This document shows positions 1-9,654 of a DNA stretch of 64,000 nt, one piece after another. Each line of letters opens with the position of its first letter. The first letter of the stretch is position 1. Both the position numbers and the translations under genes were made by a program. The DNA comes from an uncultured Pseudomonadales bacterium (GTDB lineage Bacteria; Pseudomonadota; Gammaproteobacteria; Pseudomonadales; CANNCY01): assembly GCA_947503335.1 (NCBI GenBank), contig CANNCY010000002.1, positions 355,823 through 419,822 on the forward strand, given 5' to 3'. The notes beneath the pieces are model-generated. The model was given only the letters and a program-made list of their open reading frames with translations. It was not told where the DNA came from and made no database searches.

Positions 1-523
1 GCGCTTTATCTTGATATTGATCAGCGATGCTATTAAGCCGGGCACGATAACCTTGAGCCACTTTGTTTGCCTGCTCTTCGCGACCAGTAAGTTGCCCTAG
101 GTGTTCAAAGGTGTCGGCTAAGCCTTGCAGTGTTTTAGGGTTAGAGTAAGCAACGCGAATACCCTGCTTTTTTAATGTCTCTAGATCATCACTAGGGGTA
201 CCCGTTTGCCAAGCGATAATAAGATCAGGCTGTAGCGCCATGATTTCTTCGATATTTAAGCGGGCGTGATTACCTACCTCTTTAATTAGCTTTGCCTGTT
301 CTGGATAGTCGGCATAACTGCTGGCACCCACAATCAAATCGCCCGCGCCGATCTCAAAAAGGTTTTCGACGATATGCGGGGCGAGTGCAATAATGCGCTT
401 AGGAGGCGCCGAATCCGAAGCCGAATCCGAAGCCGAAGCCGAAGCCGAAGCCAAATTGCTCGCCAACATCGCTGCAACCAATAAGGCAATCACCTTGAGT
501 GACTTCAGAGAATGATCAGCCAT
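1..523 (-). CDS. btuF: Cobalamin ABC transporter periplasmic binding protein (3' end runs off the window)
   Basis: Absent from the ORF track. Manual translation from ATG 523 (overlaps cobO TGA): MADHSLKSLKVIALLVAAMLASNLASASASASDSASDSAPPKRIIALAPHIVENLFEIGAGDLIVGASSYADYPEQAK, a signal peptide plus typical BtuF N-terminus; lies in the B12 operon. Confidence 0.88.
   Translation of the reverse strand, partial: MADHSLKSLKVIALLVAAMLASNLASASASASDSASDSAPPKRIIALAPHIVENLFEIGAGDLIVGASSYADYPEQAKLIKEVGNHARLNIEEIMALQPDLIIAWQTGTPSDDLETLKKQGIRVAYSNPKTLQGLADTFEHLGQLTGREEQANKVAQGYRARLNSIADQYQDKA
409..450. repeat. 7x hexamer tandem repeat CCGAA(G/T) encoding (Ala/Asp-Ser)n in btuF
   Basis: ccgaat ccgaag ccgaat ccgaag ccgaag ccgaag ccgaag read directly. 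Confidence 0.9.
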
Positions 524-1125
524 CACCAATCAATCCCCTTCTGCACTTTTACACCCGCTTCAAAGGCATGTTTCACCGATGCAACCTTCGACACCGTATC
601 GGCAATCTCGATTAAGCGGGTTGGGCAACCGCGGCCCGTAACAATAACGTGCTGGCCTTCAGGGCGATTTTCGATGGCGTCGCACACCTCATCAAGATCA
701 AGATAGCGATAGCTAAGCATGTAAGTAATTTCGTCGAGTAAGATGGTATTGATTGAAGAATCTTGCAGCATGCGCTTTGCTTCATTCCACACCTTAGTGG
801 CGGCCTCGATGTCGGCTTCACGATTTTGGGTTTCCCAAGTAAAGCCGGTTTTCATCACGTAAAAAGGCACGCCGTGTTGCTCTAGCAAATTGCGTTCGCC
901 GCATTCCCAGGTGCCTTTAATAAACTGGCAAACGCCTGCCGTTAAACCATGCCCTACCGAGCGAGTAACCATACCAAAGCCAGCCGTCGACTTGCCCTTA
1001 CCCTCGCCCGTAACTACTAGAAAAAGGCCTTTATCAACCGTTGCATTGGCGATTTTTTCGTCGACCTTTTCTTTCAGTTTTTGTTGATTTTTCTTGTGCT
1101 TTTCTTGCTTATTTTGATCAGTCAT
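523..1125 (-). CDS. cobO: Cob(I)yrinic acid a,c-diamide adenosyltransferase (CobO/BtuR)
   Basis: TGEGKGKSTAGFG P-loop, QFIKG, LLDEI, TGRG, HAFEAGVKVQKGIDW. Likely start ATG 1125, overlapping the cobQ stop. Confidence 0.95.
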   Translation of the reverse strand: MTDQNKQEKHKKNQQKLKEKVDEKIANATVDKGLFLVVTGEGKGKSTAGFGMVTRSVGHGLTAGVCQFIKGTWECGERNLLEQHGVPFYVMKTGFTWETQNREADIEAATKVWNEAKRMLQDSSINTILLDEITYMLSYRYLDLDEVCDAIENRPEGQHVIVTGRGCPTRLIEIADTVSKVASVKHAFEAGVKVQKGIDW

Positions 1126-2596
1126 TTTTGTTCCACTGTTCAAGTATCTGTTCAATTTTTTGTAAATCTAAATGTGCTTCGCAACGATCAGCTAATACGT
1201 CGATCGCCCGCTGCCCTATGGTTTCTAAATCTTGCGAACGTTCTACCGTTACACCACACCAATTAGCTAACGCAGTAATTGCCTCGGCTTGATCAAACAG
1301 CCCGTGTAGATAACAGCCAGCAATACAGTTATCTGCACTAACTACGCCTTGTTTGCTATCGCCAATTGTCAGCATCGGTTTAAACGCTACATCTGATTGA
1401 GTGCGCCCCATATGAATCTCATAACCACTTACCTGCACGGGTTGTTCGCCTAAATGCATCGTCGCTGTCGTATTTGCTAATACCTTATTAGGGGCGAGTT
1501 CTGTTTGTAACGGCAGTAGCCCTAAACCAACGCTATCGCCAGCCTCGCCCTCTAATCCTAATGGGTCGCTAATTAACTCGCCCAACATTTGATAGCCGCC
1601 GCAGATACCTAATAGTTTGCCGCCATAACGCAGGTGCTTGGTGATCTGCTGATCCCAACCCTGCTCTTTAATAAAAGCTAAATCTTCGCGAGTATTTTTC
1701 GAGCCCGCCAAGATAATCAGATCTGCGGCAGGTAATGGCCGCTTTTCTAGCTCTGACGCGTAGGCGAAGGTAAGGTTTATTTGTGGGTGTAATCTAAGCG
1801 CATCAAAGTCATTGTGATTGCTCATACGCGGGGTGACTGGCACCACCACATTTAATAAGGCGTTGTCGGCATCTTGCTCAATGTTAACGGCATCTTCGGC
1901 TGCAATTGCCAAACCATGAATGTAAGGCAGCACCCCTAACACCGGCTTACCGGTTTTTTGCTCAAGCCATTCAAGCCCAGGCTCTAAGATTTTGATATCA
2001 CCGCGAAAGCGATTGATCACAAACCCAACTACGCGCGCCTGCTCTGACTTAGACAATAAATCTAAGGTACCTACCAAATGGGCAAATACGCCGCCTTTGT
2101 CGATATCTGCAATAAGAATCACTGGGCAATCTGCCTGCTCGGCAAAGCCCATATTGGCGATATCACCCTCTCGTAAATTAATTTCTGCTGGGCTACCTGC
2201 GCCCTCAACCACCACGCGATCATAGTGACTTTCTAGAATCTGATGCGATTCAAACACCGCGGCTTTAGCAACACGTTTATAGTGCTGATAGTCTTGCGCA
2301 CTCATCGTATCTAAGGCTTGCCCCTGCACAATAATTTGTGCGCTTTTGTCTGATTGGGGCTTTAGCAATACTGGGTTAAAGTGCACTGACAGGGGTACAT
2401 TGGCTGCCTTGGCCTGCACCGCCTGCGCCCGGCCAATTTCGCCACCGTCTTCAGTCACTGCACTATTAAGCGCCATGTTCTGGGGCTTAAACGGCGCTAC
2501 ATGCATGCCTTGGCGAGCATAGATACGGCATAAGGCCGTAACCAAGGTACTCTTACCCGCATCACTTGTGGTGCCCTGAATCATTAACGTACGCAT
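1118..2596 (-). CDS. cobQ: Cobyric acid synthase
   Basis: QGTTSDAGKS, FKPQNMALNS, EGAGSPAEINL; glutaminase motifs GICGGYQMLG and YLHGLF. Confidence 0.96.
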   Translation of the reverse strand: MRTLMIQGTTSDAGKSTLVTALCRIYARQGMHVAPFKPQNMALNSAVTEDGGEIGRAQAVQAKAANVPLSVHFNPVLLKPQSDKSAQIIVQGQALDTMSAQDYQHYKRVAKAAVFESHQILESHYDRVVVEGAGSPAEINLREGDIANMGFAEQADCPVILIADIDKGGVFAHLVGTLDLLSKSEQARVVGFVINRFRGDIKILEPGLEWLEQKTGKPVLGVLPYIHGLAIAAEDAVNIEQDADNALLNVVVPVTPRMSNHNDFDALRLHPQINLTFAYASELEKRPLPAADLIILAGSKNTREDLAFIKEQGWDQQITKHLRYGGKLLGICGGYQMLGELISDPLGLEGEAGDSVGLGLLPLQTELAPNKVLANTTATMHLGEQPVQVSGYEIHMGRTQSDVAFKPMLTIGDSKQGVVSADNCIAGCYLHGLFDQAEAITALANWCGVTVERSQDLETIGQRAIDVLADRCEAHLDLQKIEQILEQWNKND

Positions 2597-2597
2597 A

Positions 2598-3578
2598 TTA
2601 CACTCGCCTCAACAGGTGCAAGAAAAAGAACCCGCCAATCACCGAGGTGATCACACCAATAGGAATCTCTTGCCCGTCAATTAGCGTGCGCGCTAGCACA
2701 TCCACCCACAGTAAAAAGCAGCCGCCGACTAACCCTGAAGTAATTAATAATCGCTTGGTGGTTAAGCCAACAAAGGGCCGAACCATGTGCGGAATCATCA
2801 GCCCAACAAAGCCAATTCCACCACAGTAAGCAACCACCAATGCCGTCATGGCGGCACAGACGATTAACACCAATATTCGTAATTTCGCTACTGGCACACC
2901 CAGCGTGCGGGCACTTTCATCACTAACCAAGAGGGTGTCTAACCAACGCGACAATGACAACGTAATTGCGCTACCGGTAATGACGACAGGAATCACCCAA
3001 CTAAGTGCCTCGTAATCGGCCCGTGCGAGCGAACCCATCATCCAAAAGATCACGCGATTGGCTGCAAAGGGCTCGCCAAAGTAAAGCAAGAAACTAGTTA
3101 CCGCACTCAGTAAAAACGAAACCGCTACACCGGCTAATAGAAGATGCTCTACCCGCTGCCAACTACGATTAGCCACCGCCGCCATCACCAATACCACCGA
3201 TAGCAATGCGCCTAAAAATGCCGCAAAGGGAATGGGCATAGAAACTGGTAGTAGTGTCGATATCGTAGCGCCTAATCCTGCACCGGCAACGATGCCAAAA
3301 AGATAGGGGTCTGCTAGGGGGTTGCGGGTTACGTTTTGCATCAGCGCACCCGTAGCGGCTAACGCAAACCCTACTACCAAAGCCATTAACACTCGCGGCA
3401 AACGTACGTCGATTAATATCGATTCATAGATAGGTTTCGCGCACTGATCGGTGACACATTGCCACACTGCTCCAAAGCCTAACTCGGCTGCACCAAAGCC
3501 CATCGATATCAATACACTGGCGAGGGCAACTACCAATAGCAACGGCAGTACAACAGTCATCGGCAACCTAGCTTGCAT
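2598..3578 (-). CDS. btuC: FecCD/BtuC-family ABC permease (corrinoid uptake)
   Basis: RLPRVL, RNPLADPYLFG, GGIGFVGLMIPH, EIPIGVIT; downstream of the B12 riboswitch. Likely start ATG 3578. Confidence 0.8.
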   Translation of the reverse strand: MQARLPMTVVLPLLLVVALASVLISMGFGAAELGFGAVWQCVTDQCAKPIYESILIDVRLPRVLMALVVGFALAATGALMQNVTRNPLADPYLFGIVAGAGLGATISTLLPVSMPIPFAAFLGALLSVVLVMAAVANRSWQRVEHLLLAGVAVSFLLSAVTSFLLYFGEPFAANRVIFWMMGSLARADYEALSWVIPVVITGSAITLSLSRWLDTLLVSDESARTLGVPVAKLRILVLIVCAAMTALVVAYCGGIGFVGLMIPHMVRPFVGLTTKRLLITSGLVGGCFLLWVDVLARTLIDGQEIPIGVITSVIGGFFFLHLLRRV

Positions 3579-4350
3579 ACTCGCCCCCATAACTTATACG
3601 TCTTTTGCCTGTTAAGGGGTGTGTATCAACCACGCAACTTACTTTAAATACGCTGCGTATGTTCTCTTCAGTTAACACCTGTTCGGGCGAGCCAACTGCG
3701 ATGAGTTTACTTTGGTCGATCAAGGCAATTTGATCACAATACTGAGCCGCTAAATTGAGATCATGCAGCGATACGATAACGGTTAAATTAAGTTCATTGA
3801 TGCGCTGTAATATTTGATGCTGATAATAAATATCTAGATGATTGGTCGGCTCATCCATAATCAGCACCGATGCTTTTTGCACTAGCGATCGAGCAATTAA
3901 ACAGCGTTGCTGCTCGCCCCCAGATAGCGAATTAAACGAACGGTGTTTTAGAGGTAGCAGATCTAACTCAGTTAACGCCTGTTCAATCGCTTGGGCATCG
4001 GCTGCAGTATCCGATTCAAATAACGACTTGTGTGGCACCAGCCCCATCTTCACTATATCGATAACACTTAAATCAAATACCGATGGGTTTTGCTGGCTTA
4101 CCACAGCGATCGACTGCGCTACCGTGCGCGCCGACATCTCTGCGATAGAGATGCCATCTAATAACACCTCGCCACCATCAACGGCATACTCGCCGTAAAG
4201 GCATTTAAGCAACGAGGTTTTGCCTGCACCATTGGGGCCGACAATACCGAGCGTTTGATTTTGGTGCGCGCACAGGCTCACGTCGTCGACGATCTTACGA
4301 CCCTCAACGCCCCAACAAATATTTTTTGCTGCTAGCTGTGGTTTTGACAT
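3568..4350 (-). CDS. btuD: ABC transporter ATP-binding protein, FepC/BtuD family
   Basis: GPNGAGKT, LSGGEQQR, MDEPTNHLD, LHDLNLAA; first gene after the riboswitch. Likely start ATG 4350. Confidence 0.8.
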   Translation of the reverse strand: MSKPQLAAKNICWGVEGRKIVDDVSLCAHQNQTLGIVGPNGAGKTSLLKCLYGEYAVDGGEVLLDGISIAEMSARTVAQSIAVVSQQNPSVFDLSVIDIVKMGLVPHKSLFESDTAADAQAIEQALTELDLLPLKHRSFNSLSGGEQQRCLIARSLVQKASVLIMDEPTNHLDIYYQHQILQRINELNLTVIVSLHDLNLAAQYCDQIALIDQSKLIAVGSPEQVLTEENIRSVFKVSCVVDTHPLTGKRRISYGGEYAS

Positions 4351-4389
4351 AGCTGCCACCAAGTTACCCGCTCGGTTCAGAGTTGTTGT

Positions 4390-4565
4390 TAGTGGCAGGT
4401 CTCCTGACTTATAGAGATAACCCTTGTTTCACCTTCCCGGTTTTACAACCAGTGGTTGAGATAAACTCGCGAAACGCAGCTCTATTTACAGTTGCGGGAA
4501 CAGTCGCAGATTTTCACTGCATTCCCTTTTAAGCCCTCGGTGTTAAACGGGGCACCACATGATGG
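4390..4565 (-). ncRNA. Cobalamin riboswitch
   Basis: Minus strand GGTGCCC...AAAAGGGAATGCAGTGAAAATCTGCGACTGTTCCCGCAACTGTAA...CCACTG...GGGAAGG...AAGTCAGGAGACCTGCC (B12 box), upstream of B12 genes. Ends approximate. Confidence 0.95.
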
Positions 4566-4608
4566 GCTGCACATTAGCATAGTCGAATTAAACAAAATAC
4601 GTAGATAT

Positions 4609-5484
4609 CTACGCCATGCGCTGCTCTAGAAAGTCTAGAAACGCTCGCACGCGGGGCAGACGCGTTTTATGTTTGGGATAAACCGCATTAATCGCGATAG
4701 GCTCGCTATGCCATTGCTCTAGCACGCTCACCAACTGACCATCTTGTAATTCGCGTTGCGCCATATAGTTGGGCAACAACCCAACGCCCACCCCGTCGAT
4801 TATCGCCTGCTTCACGACACTAAAGTCGTCTACTACCATTCGAGGGCTTACATCGACCTGCTTAGTTTGCTGACCATTGGTTAATGTAATTTGCGAGTTA
4901 GATAGCTGATTGCTCATCAACAAGATTGGCACACCTGCTAATTGATCAACATCATTAAGGGTCACTTTCAACAGCGGTGATGCATATAAACACAAACGAG
5001 CAGTGCTCAAGCGCTTAGCGACCAGTGTTGAATCATCTAAAGGCCCCACTCGCACTACTAGATCGAAACCCTCTTCAACTAGATCAACACGGCGATTTAC
5101 TAAGCTCAGCTGCACATCGATGTCAGGATAATCATTTAGAAACGTCGACAATATCGGCTTAAGTAGCTGCTGCCCCACCGATACCGACGCACCGATCTTA
5201 ATAGAGCCCCTATATTCGTTTAGGTTGTCTTGCACAAGGGTATCGGCCAGATCAATCTCGTCGGCAATACGCTTACAGTGATCAAGGTATTGCTTACCCA
5301 CATCGGTTAACCGTTGGGTGCGAGTAGTACGCTGCAACAGCGTTACGCCCAACTGCTGTTCAAGGCGTGTTAGCTTGCGGCTTACATTGGCCTTAGGCAT
5401 ACCTAATCGCTCGGCAGCCGCGGTAAGGCTGCCCGACTCGACCACTGCCAAGAACACCATCATGTCGTTAATATCGGTTTTCAC
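4609..5484 (-). CDS. LysR-family regulator (CrgA/DmlR-like)
   Basis: HTH FLAVVESGSLTAAAERLGMPKANVSRKL, LLQRTTR, VDLVEEGFDLVVR; divergent from pirin. Confidence 0.92.
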   Translation of the reverse strand: MKTDINDMMVFLAVVESGSLTAAAERLGMPKANVSRKLTRLEQQLGVTLLQRTTRTQRLTDVGKQYLDHCKRIADEIDLADTLVQDNLNEYRGSIKIGASVSVGQQLLKPILSTFLNDYPDIDVQLSLVNRRVDLVEEGFDLVVRVGPLDDSTLVAKRLSTARLCLYASPLLKVTLNDVDQLAGVPILLMSNQLSNSQITLTNGQQTKQVDVSPRMVVDDFSVVKQAIIDGVGVGLLPNYMAQRELQDGQLVSVLEQWHSEPIAINAVYPKHKTRLPRVRAFLDFLEQRMA

Positions 5485-5504
5485 TCGCCCACCTAACTCA
5501 ATAT

Positions 5505-5527
5505 ATTGTTGTTAAATATGAAACAAT
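5505..5527. promoter_or_regulatory. LysR-type operator ATTGTT-N11-AACAAT
   Basis: Perfect 6-bp inverted repeat with a T-N11-A core in the LysR/pirin divergent intergenic region. Confidence 0.65.
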
Positions 5528-5607
5528 GATTTCAACGATATGGCATATATCAAACAAACACAACCACCTAAACTAGTACCCATAGATTGATTACACAGGT
5601 GACGACA

Positions 5608-6294
5608 ATGAAAACACTATCAAAAAAAGACCTACAACTAGGTGGCTTTGCTGGCCTAACCGAGCACCGATTAGTAACTGATAGCCGCGCCTTTGGCCCC
5701 CGCAAGAATCCGGCGGCATTTGAGGGCATCGGCAACTTTGTATACCTGGCCGACGCTTACTTTAACCCCAAGGGCGAGACTGGCATGCACCCCCACAAAG
5801 AGATCGACGTGATCTCGGTAATGATTGATGGGCGAGTTTCGCACGCTGGTTCACTTGAGCACGGCAAGTCGTTAGAGACGGGTGATGTACAGGTACAGCG
5901 CGCCGGTGGCGAAGGCTTTTCGCATAATGAGGTTAATCCTGATGACGAAAAGAACCGCATGATTCAGCTGTGGGTATTGCCCGAGGTAGCAGGCGAGCCA
6001 GCGGGCTACCGCTATTACTCGCCCAGTGACAAGGGTGTAAGCCGTATCTATGGTGGCGGTCATGACCAAAGCGATACCTTTGCTAGCAACACGACTATTG
6101 ATATCGCGCGCTTTGAAGCTGGCGAACAGTTTAACGTTGAGGGCGAAGCACTGATCTACGTAACCAAGGGTGCGGCAAAATTGTCAGATGAAAGTGGTGA
6201 GTTTAACGCCGCTGACGGTGAGCTAATTAGAGCAACCGATGTTAAAGTGTTAGTAGAAGAATCAATTCAACTAATTATCGTTAAGGCATCATGA
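5608..6294 (+). CDS. Pirin family protein
   Basis: GMHPHKEIDVIS, QRAGGEGFSHNE, IQLWVLP; ATG 5608 after CAGGTG. Confidence 0.9.
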   Translation: MKTLSKKDLQLGGFAGLTEHRLVTDSRAFGPRKNPAAFEGIGNFVYLADAYFNPKGETGMHPHKEIDVISVMIDGRVSHAGSLEHGKSLETGDVQVQRAGGEGFSHNEVNPDDEKNRMIQLWVLPEVAGEPAGYRYYSPSDKGVSRIYGGGHDQSDTFASNTTIDIARFEAGEQFNVEGEALIYVTKGAAKLSDESGEFNAADGELIRATDVKVLVEESIQLIIVKAS

Positions 6295-6494
6295 GCAAAC
6301 CGGTTAACCGCCACATCATGGCACTAGTCAACTTTATTGCGCTAGTGCCATTGGTTTATTTTATTCCCCCTTGGGTCGCCCAGTTTTTTCCCGGCAACAA
6401 GTTGCTTCAGGTGATCACAGCGGTGGGCATTATTGTGCCGATTATTAGTTATCTTGTGGTGCCAAATGCCGTGCGGCTTATTAATCGCCTATAG
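6291..6494 (+). CDS. Small two-TM membrane protein coupled to pirin
   Basis: ATGA overlap with the pirin stop; two hydrophobic segments. Confidence 0.7.
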   Translation: MSKPVNRHIMALVNFIALVPLVYFIPPWVAQFFPGNKLLQVITAVGIIVPIISYLVVPNAVRLINRL

Positions 6495-6497
6495 CTT

Positions 6498-7112
6498 TTA
6501 GGGCAACTGAACCGGCCCCTGAAAACTACGCATTTCGTGCTGTTCGTTGGCTAACCAAAAGAAGGTACTCGCCGGTACAGGCAGTGCTGCAATAAACGGG
6601 TGATTCAACGTCATTTTGGTCAAGGTAGCGCCCTCGGGTAAAACCAAGTCATCATCGTCTTTTCCGGTACCCACACACTCAACGTAGTGCTTACCATCAA
6701 GGGTCATTATGACTAGCTCTCGCCCTGCATCAAAGGCCATGACATGGTCTTTGTGTACCTTAACACGCAAAGGGCCGCCCTCTTCTTGCGCCTTACCAAA
6801 GTCGGCAATACGCGCCACGTTGACCCAGCGGTGGCCAGCAAATTCGCGAATCTCGGTAGGTTCGCCGTCGTAGGCACCCGGTTGGCGAAACAGACAATAA
6901 TCGTAAGAGGGCGAGGCGATACCCGTGGGCACATGATTTTCGGGCAAGTCGGTTAATTGATCGAAATGGGTTTGATCAACAGGTTCAACGGTCATCCAAA
7001 TATCTTGGGTGGTTAGGTCGATACATTCCATCAAACTGCGATCGAGGTCGGTGTCAATTAACGTGCTTACGCCATTATCAAACTGGTTTAATGCCTGTAC
7101 GGTATCGCTCAT
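6498..7112 (-). CDS. Hypothetical soluble protein downstream of soxR
   Basis: 204-aa ORF with an AAGGGA RBS; no motif recognised. Confidence 0.7.
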   Translation of the reverse strand: MSDTVQALNQFDNGVSTLIDTDLDRSLMECIDLTTQDIWMTVEPVDQTHFDQLTDLPENHVPTGIASPSYDYCLFRQPGAYDGEPTEIREFAGHRWVNVARIADFGKAQEEGGPLRVKVHKDHVMAFDAGRELVIMTLDGKHYVECVGTGKDDDDLVLPEGATLTKMTLNHPFIAALPVPASTFFWLANEQHEMRSFQGPVQLP

Positions 7113-7154
7113 TGTGAATATCCCTTCATTGTTATGTCATAGATAATGCCATAA

Positions 7155-7589
7155 TTATTTTAATAGTACAGCCCCGGTGCCTTTACTAGCGAGTTGATCG
7201 TCTTGATTGTAGATCGGGCAGTTATCCATCGACAGGCAACCACAGCCGATGCAACCCTCTAATGAATCTCTTAACCGCTCAATTCGTTGTATTCGCTGAT
7301 CTAACAACACTCGCCATTGTTGAGCGAGTTTAGCCCAGTCACTTTGGGTCGGTGTACGATTGTCGGGCAAGGTAGCAAGCTGCTGTTTGATCTCGCCCAA
7401 GCCAATACCCATGTTTTGTGCAGCCTTGATCACAGCGATACGTCTTAGTACATCGGCACGATACACTCGATGATTACTTTGGTTTCGGCTGCTGCTAATT
7501 AGCCCTTCGGCTTCATAAAAGTGCACCGCACTAATGGCGATGCCACTTCGCTCGGCAACTACGCCGACCTTTAACTCACGTTTGTTCAA
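7155..7589 (-). CDS. soxR: Redox-sensitive transcriptional activator SoxR
   Basis: MerR HTH, LRRIAVIKAAQ, 2Fe-2S motif CIGCGCLSMDNC; TTG start with GAGG RBS. Confidence 0.96.
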   Translation of the reverse strand: MNKRELKVGVVAERSGIAISAVHFYEAEGLISSSRNQSNHRVYRADVLRRIAVIKAAQNMGIGLGEIKQQLATLPDNRTPTQSDWAKLAQQWRVLLDQRIQRIERLRDSLEGCIGCGCLSMDNCPIYNQDDQLASKGTGAVLLK

Positions 7590-7608
7590 AATAACCGCCT
7601 CAAAAGCC

Positions 7609-7639
7609 TTTACCTCAAGTTTACTTGAGGTTTTACAGT
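7609..7639 (+). promoter_or_regulatory. SoxR box in a 19-bp-spacer sigma70 promoter
   Basis: CCTCAAGTTTACTTGAGG at 7613-7630; -35 TTTACC at 7609-7614, -10 TACAGT at 7634-7639, 19-bp spacer. Confidence 0.93.
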
Positions 7640-7672
7640 GTTTTCAACATCACACAATAAGAGGCCTGAACC

Positions 7673-8092
7673 ATGCTACACATTGAACACCTAAACCTCG
7701 TCGTAAAAGACATTGATGCCGTACTAACCTTTTACCAAGCTGCCATGCCCCATTGGCGAGTTCGCACCGAAGGCACTGGCGAATGGTATGGCGTGCCTCG
7801 GCGCTGGCTGCACTTTGGCGACGACTATCAGTATCTCGCCCTAGCAGATGATGGTGACGGAGATAACCGCGACTTAGCAGGCCACCAGCCGGGGCTTGCC
7901 CACTTTGCCTTCGTCACTGACGATATTGATGGCATTATCGAGCGGCTTGATAAGGCTGGCTTTAAGCCGAGTTCAATGGGGGCTGAAAACCGTTATCGCC
8001 GTAACATCTATTTTCTCGACCCTGCCGGCTTTGAGGTGGAGTTTGTTCAGTATTTATCTGACGACCCAATTCAGCGTAATAGTGATCTTTAA
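7673..8092 (+). CDS. VOC/glyoxalase family protein (SoxR target)
   Basis: IEHLNLVVKD, LAHFAF, YFLDPAGFEVEF. Confidence 0.9.
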   Translation: MLHIEHLNLVVKDIDAVLTFYQAAMPHWRVRTEGTGEWYGVPRRWLHFGDDYQYLALADDGDGDNRDLAGHQPGLAHFAFVTDDIDGIIERLDKAGFKPSSMGAENRYRRNIYFLDPAGFEVEFVQYLSDDPIQRNSDL

Positions 8093-8174
8093 CCGCTACT
8101 GCGACTTGTCGCATCACGGGCTCAAGTTAGCGCTTACTAAACGAGATATCGCCTTATTTTAGTAAACTCAGCGG

Positions 8175-9593
8175 ATGCTTCGCATTTTGCTAGTGGTAAC
8201 CGTCACCGCGTTCGCAGCTCTTGTAATAGGGCTGCGGCCCTTTGCTGCCACGCAAGCACCTGATACACGCTCGCACGTGTTTAGCGACGTTACCATTAAG
8301 CAAGACAATACCTTAATAACAGGCCAAACTATCGTCATCACCGACGGTATCATCACCCAGATACGACCCACTCTACAGTCTGACCCTGCTGCTCTATGCA
8401 AACACTGCGTTGTCACGCCTGGCCTAATTGATTTACATGTGCACTCGCCCCCATCAGTTACCCTGGGCGCCAAAGAGTTATTTGGTTACCAGTATCTTCT
8501 TCATGGCGTGACATCGATACGCGATGTCGGGTCTAGTGATAGCAGTATTGATGATTGGCAAATCGATGTGAGTAATGGCGATATCATTGGGCCCAATGTT
8601 CACTACTGTGACAAAATCTTTGACGGTAATCCCGCCAGCTGGCCTGCAAGCTATGTTGCCAGCTCTGCCGATGAACTAAATCACACGCTAAACACCCTAG
8701 TTAAACAGCCCATCGACTGTATCAAAACCTACAACGGGTTAACTCGCCCATACTTTCAAATAGTTCAGCAAACGGCCAAGCAGCATGGTATTCCACTAAT
8801 AGGCCATGTGCCTCATGCTATGAACCTGCTAGAGCTAGATCAGTTCGAAGTGCAGCATTTTACAGGCCTGCCTTACACACATAATCGTAATACACCTACT
8901 GGCAGCGACTGGCTTGATGAAGACTTACTCAATACCTCTGAACAAGAGTTAGCAACGGCAGTTGATCATATGGCTGCCAACAATGTTGCGCTCTTGCCGA
9001 CCTTGGTAAACAGTAGACGCCGACTAATCGCATCGGATAGCGAAACAAAGGCTACTTCGGGCGCTGCTATGTTGCCCTCTTACTTTAGTGAGTTTTGGCA
9101 AGTAGGCATGGGCCACCCAACAACAGCGCACGCCATTGATATTCGCTACCGTTCGATAGACCAACAAAAGCAGCTGATAATGCAGCTGCACCAAGCAAAC
9201 GCATTACTGCTAATAGGCACCGACACGCTAATGCCCTATGTAACACCAGGCGATAGCCTGATCGAAGAAGTCGGTATATTCGAGTCGGTACTGGGGTCAT
9301 TTGATCACGCCCACAACATCGCCACCGGTATTAACGGCGAGCAATTGATTACTGCAAAGACTGGGCGCATCGAAGAAGGCTATCGCGCCGATCTACTTTT
9401 CTACCCTTCAGAACCGACATCTGCAGAGCAATTACCTACGTTTAACTATGTCATGGTAAACGGTCGCTTATACGAACAATCATGGCTTAGACAACATGCT
9501 ACTCAGCGCCTAGATAAAATATCCGATGCCACACTAACCGGTGTAATTGACTGGGGTCTAGCCAAAAGCACCGCACTTTTCGCTCACTACTAA
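8175..9593 (+). CDS. Exported or membrane-anchored amidohydrolase family protein
   Basis: N-terminal hydrophobic segment; PGLIDLHVH, IKTY, GHVP, GTDT, GRIEEGYRADLL. Confidence 0.85.
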   Translation: MLRILLVVTVTAFAALVIGLRPFAATQAPDTRSHVFSDVTIKQDNTLITGQTIVITDGIITQIRPTLQSDPAALCKHCVVTPGLIDLHVHSPPSVTLGAKELFGYQYLLHGVTSIRDVGSSDSSIDDWQIDVSNGDIIGPNVHYCDKIFDGNPASWPASYVASSADELNHTLNTLVKQPIDCIKTYNGLTRPYFQIVQQTAKQHGIPLIGHVPHAMNLLELDQFEVQHFTGLPYTHNRNTPTGSDWLDEDLLNTSEQELATAVDHMAANNVALLPTLVNSRRRLIASDSETKATSGAAMLPSYFSEFWQVGMGHPTTAHAIDIRYRSIDQQKQLIMQLHQANALLLIGTDTLMPYVTPGDSLIEEVGIFESVLGSFDHAHNIATGINGEQLITAKTGRIEEGYRADLLFYPSEPTSAEQLPTFNYVMVNGRLYEQSWLRQHATQRLDKISDATLTGVIDWGLAKSTALFAHY

Positions 9594-9654
9594 AATTGCA
9601 CGCGCCGACATTTCAGAGTAGCCTTAGCTCACATAAAAACAAAAGGCATAAGCT

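Noticed and set aside
409-450. CRISPR-like array
   Set aside because: These are contiguous 6-bp units with no spacers inside a CDS; no cas genes are in the window.
7591-7601. ATAACCGCCTC shared with 56475-56485
   Set aside because: Both are the reverse complement of an RBS plus spacer; an 11-bp match is explained by chance and RBS constraint.
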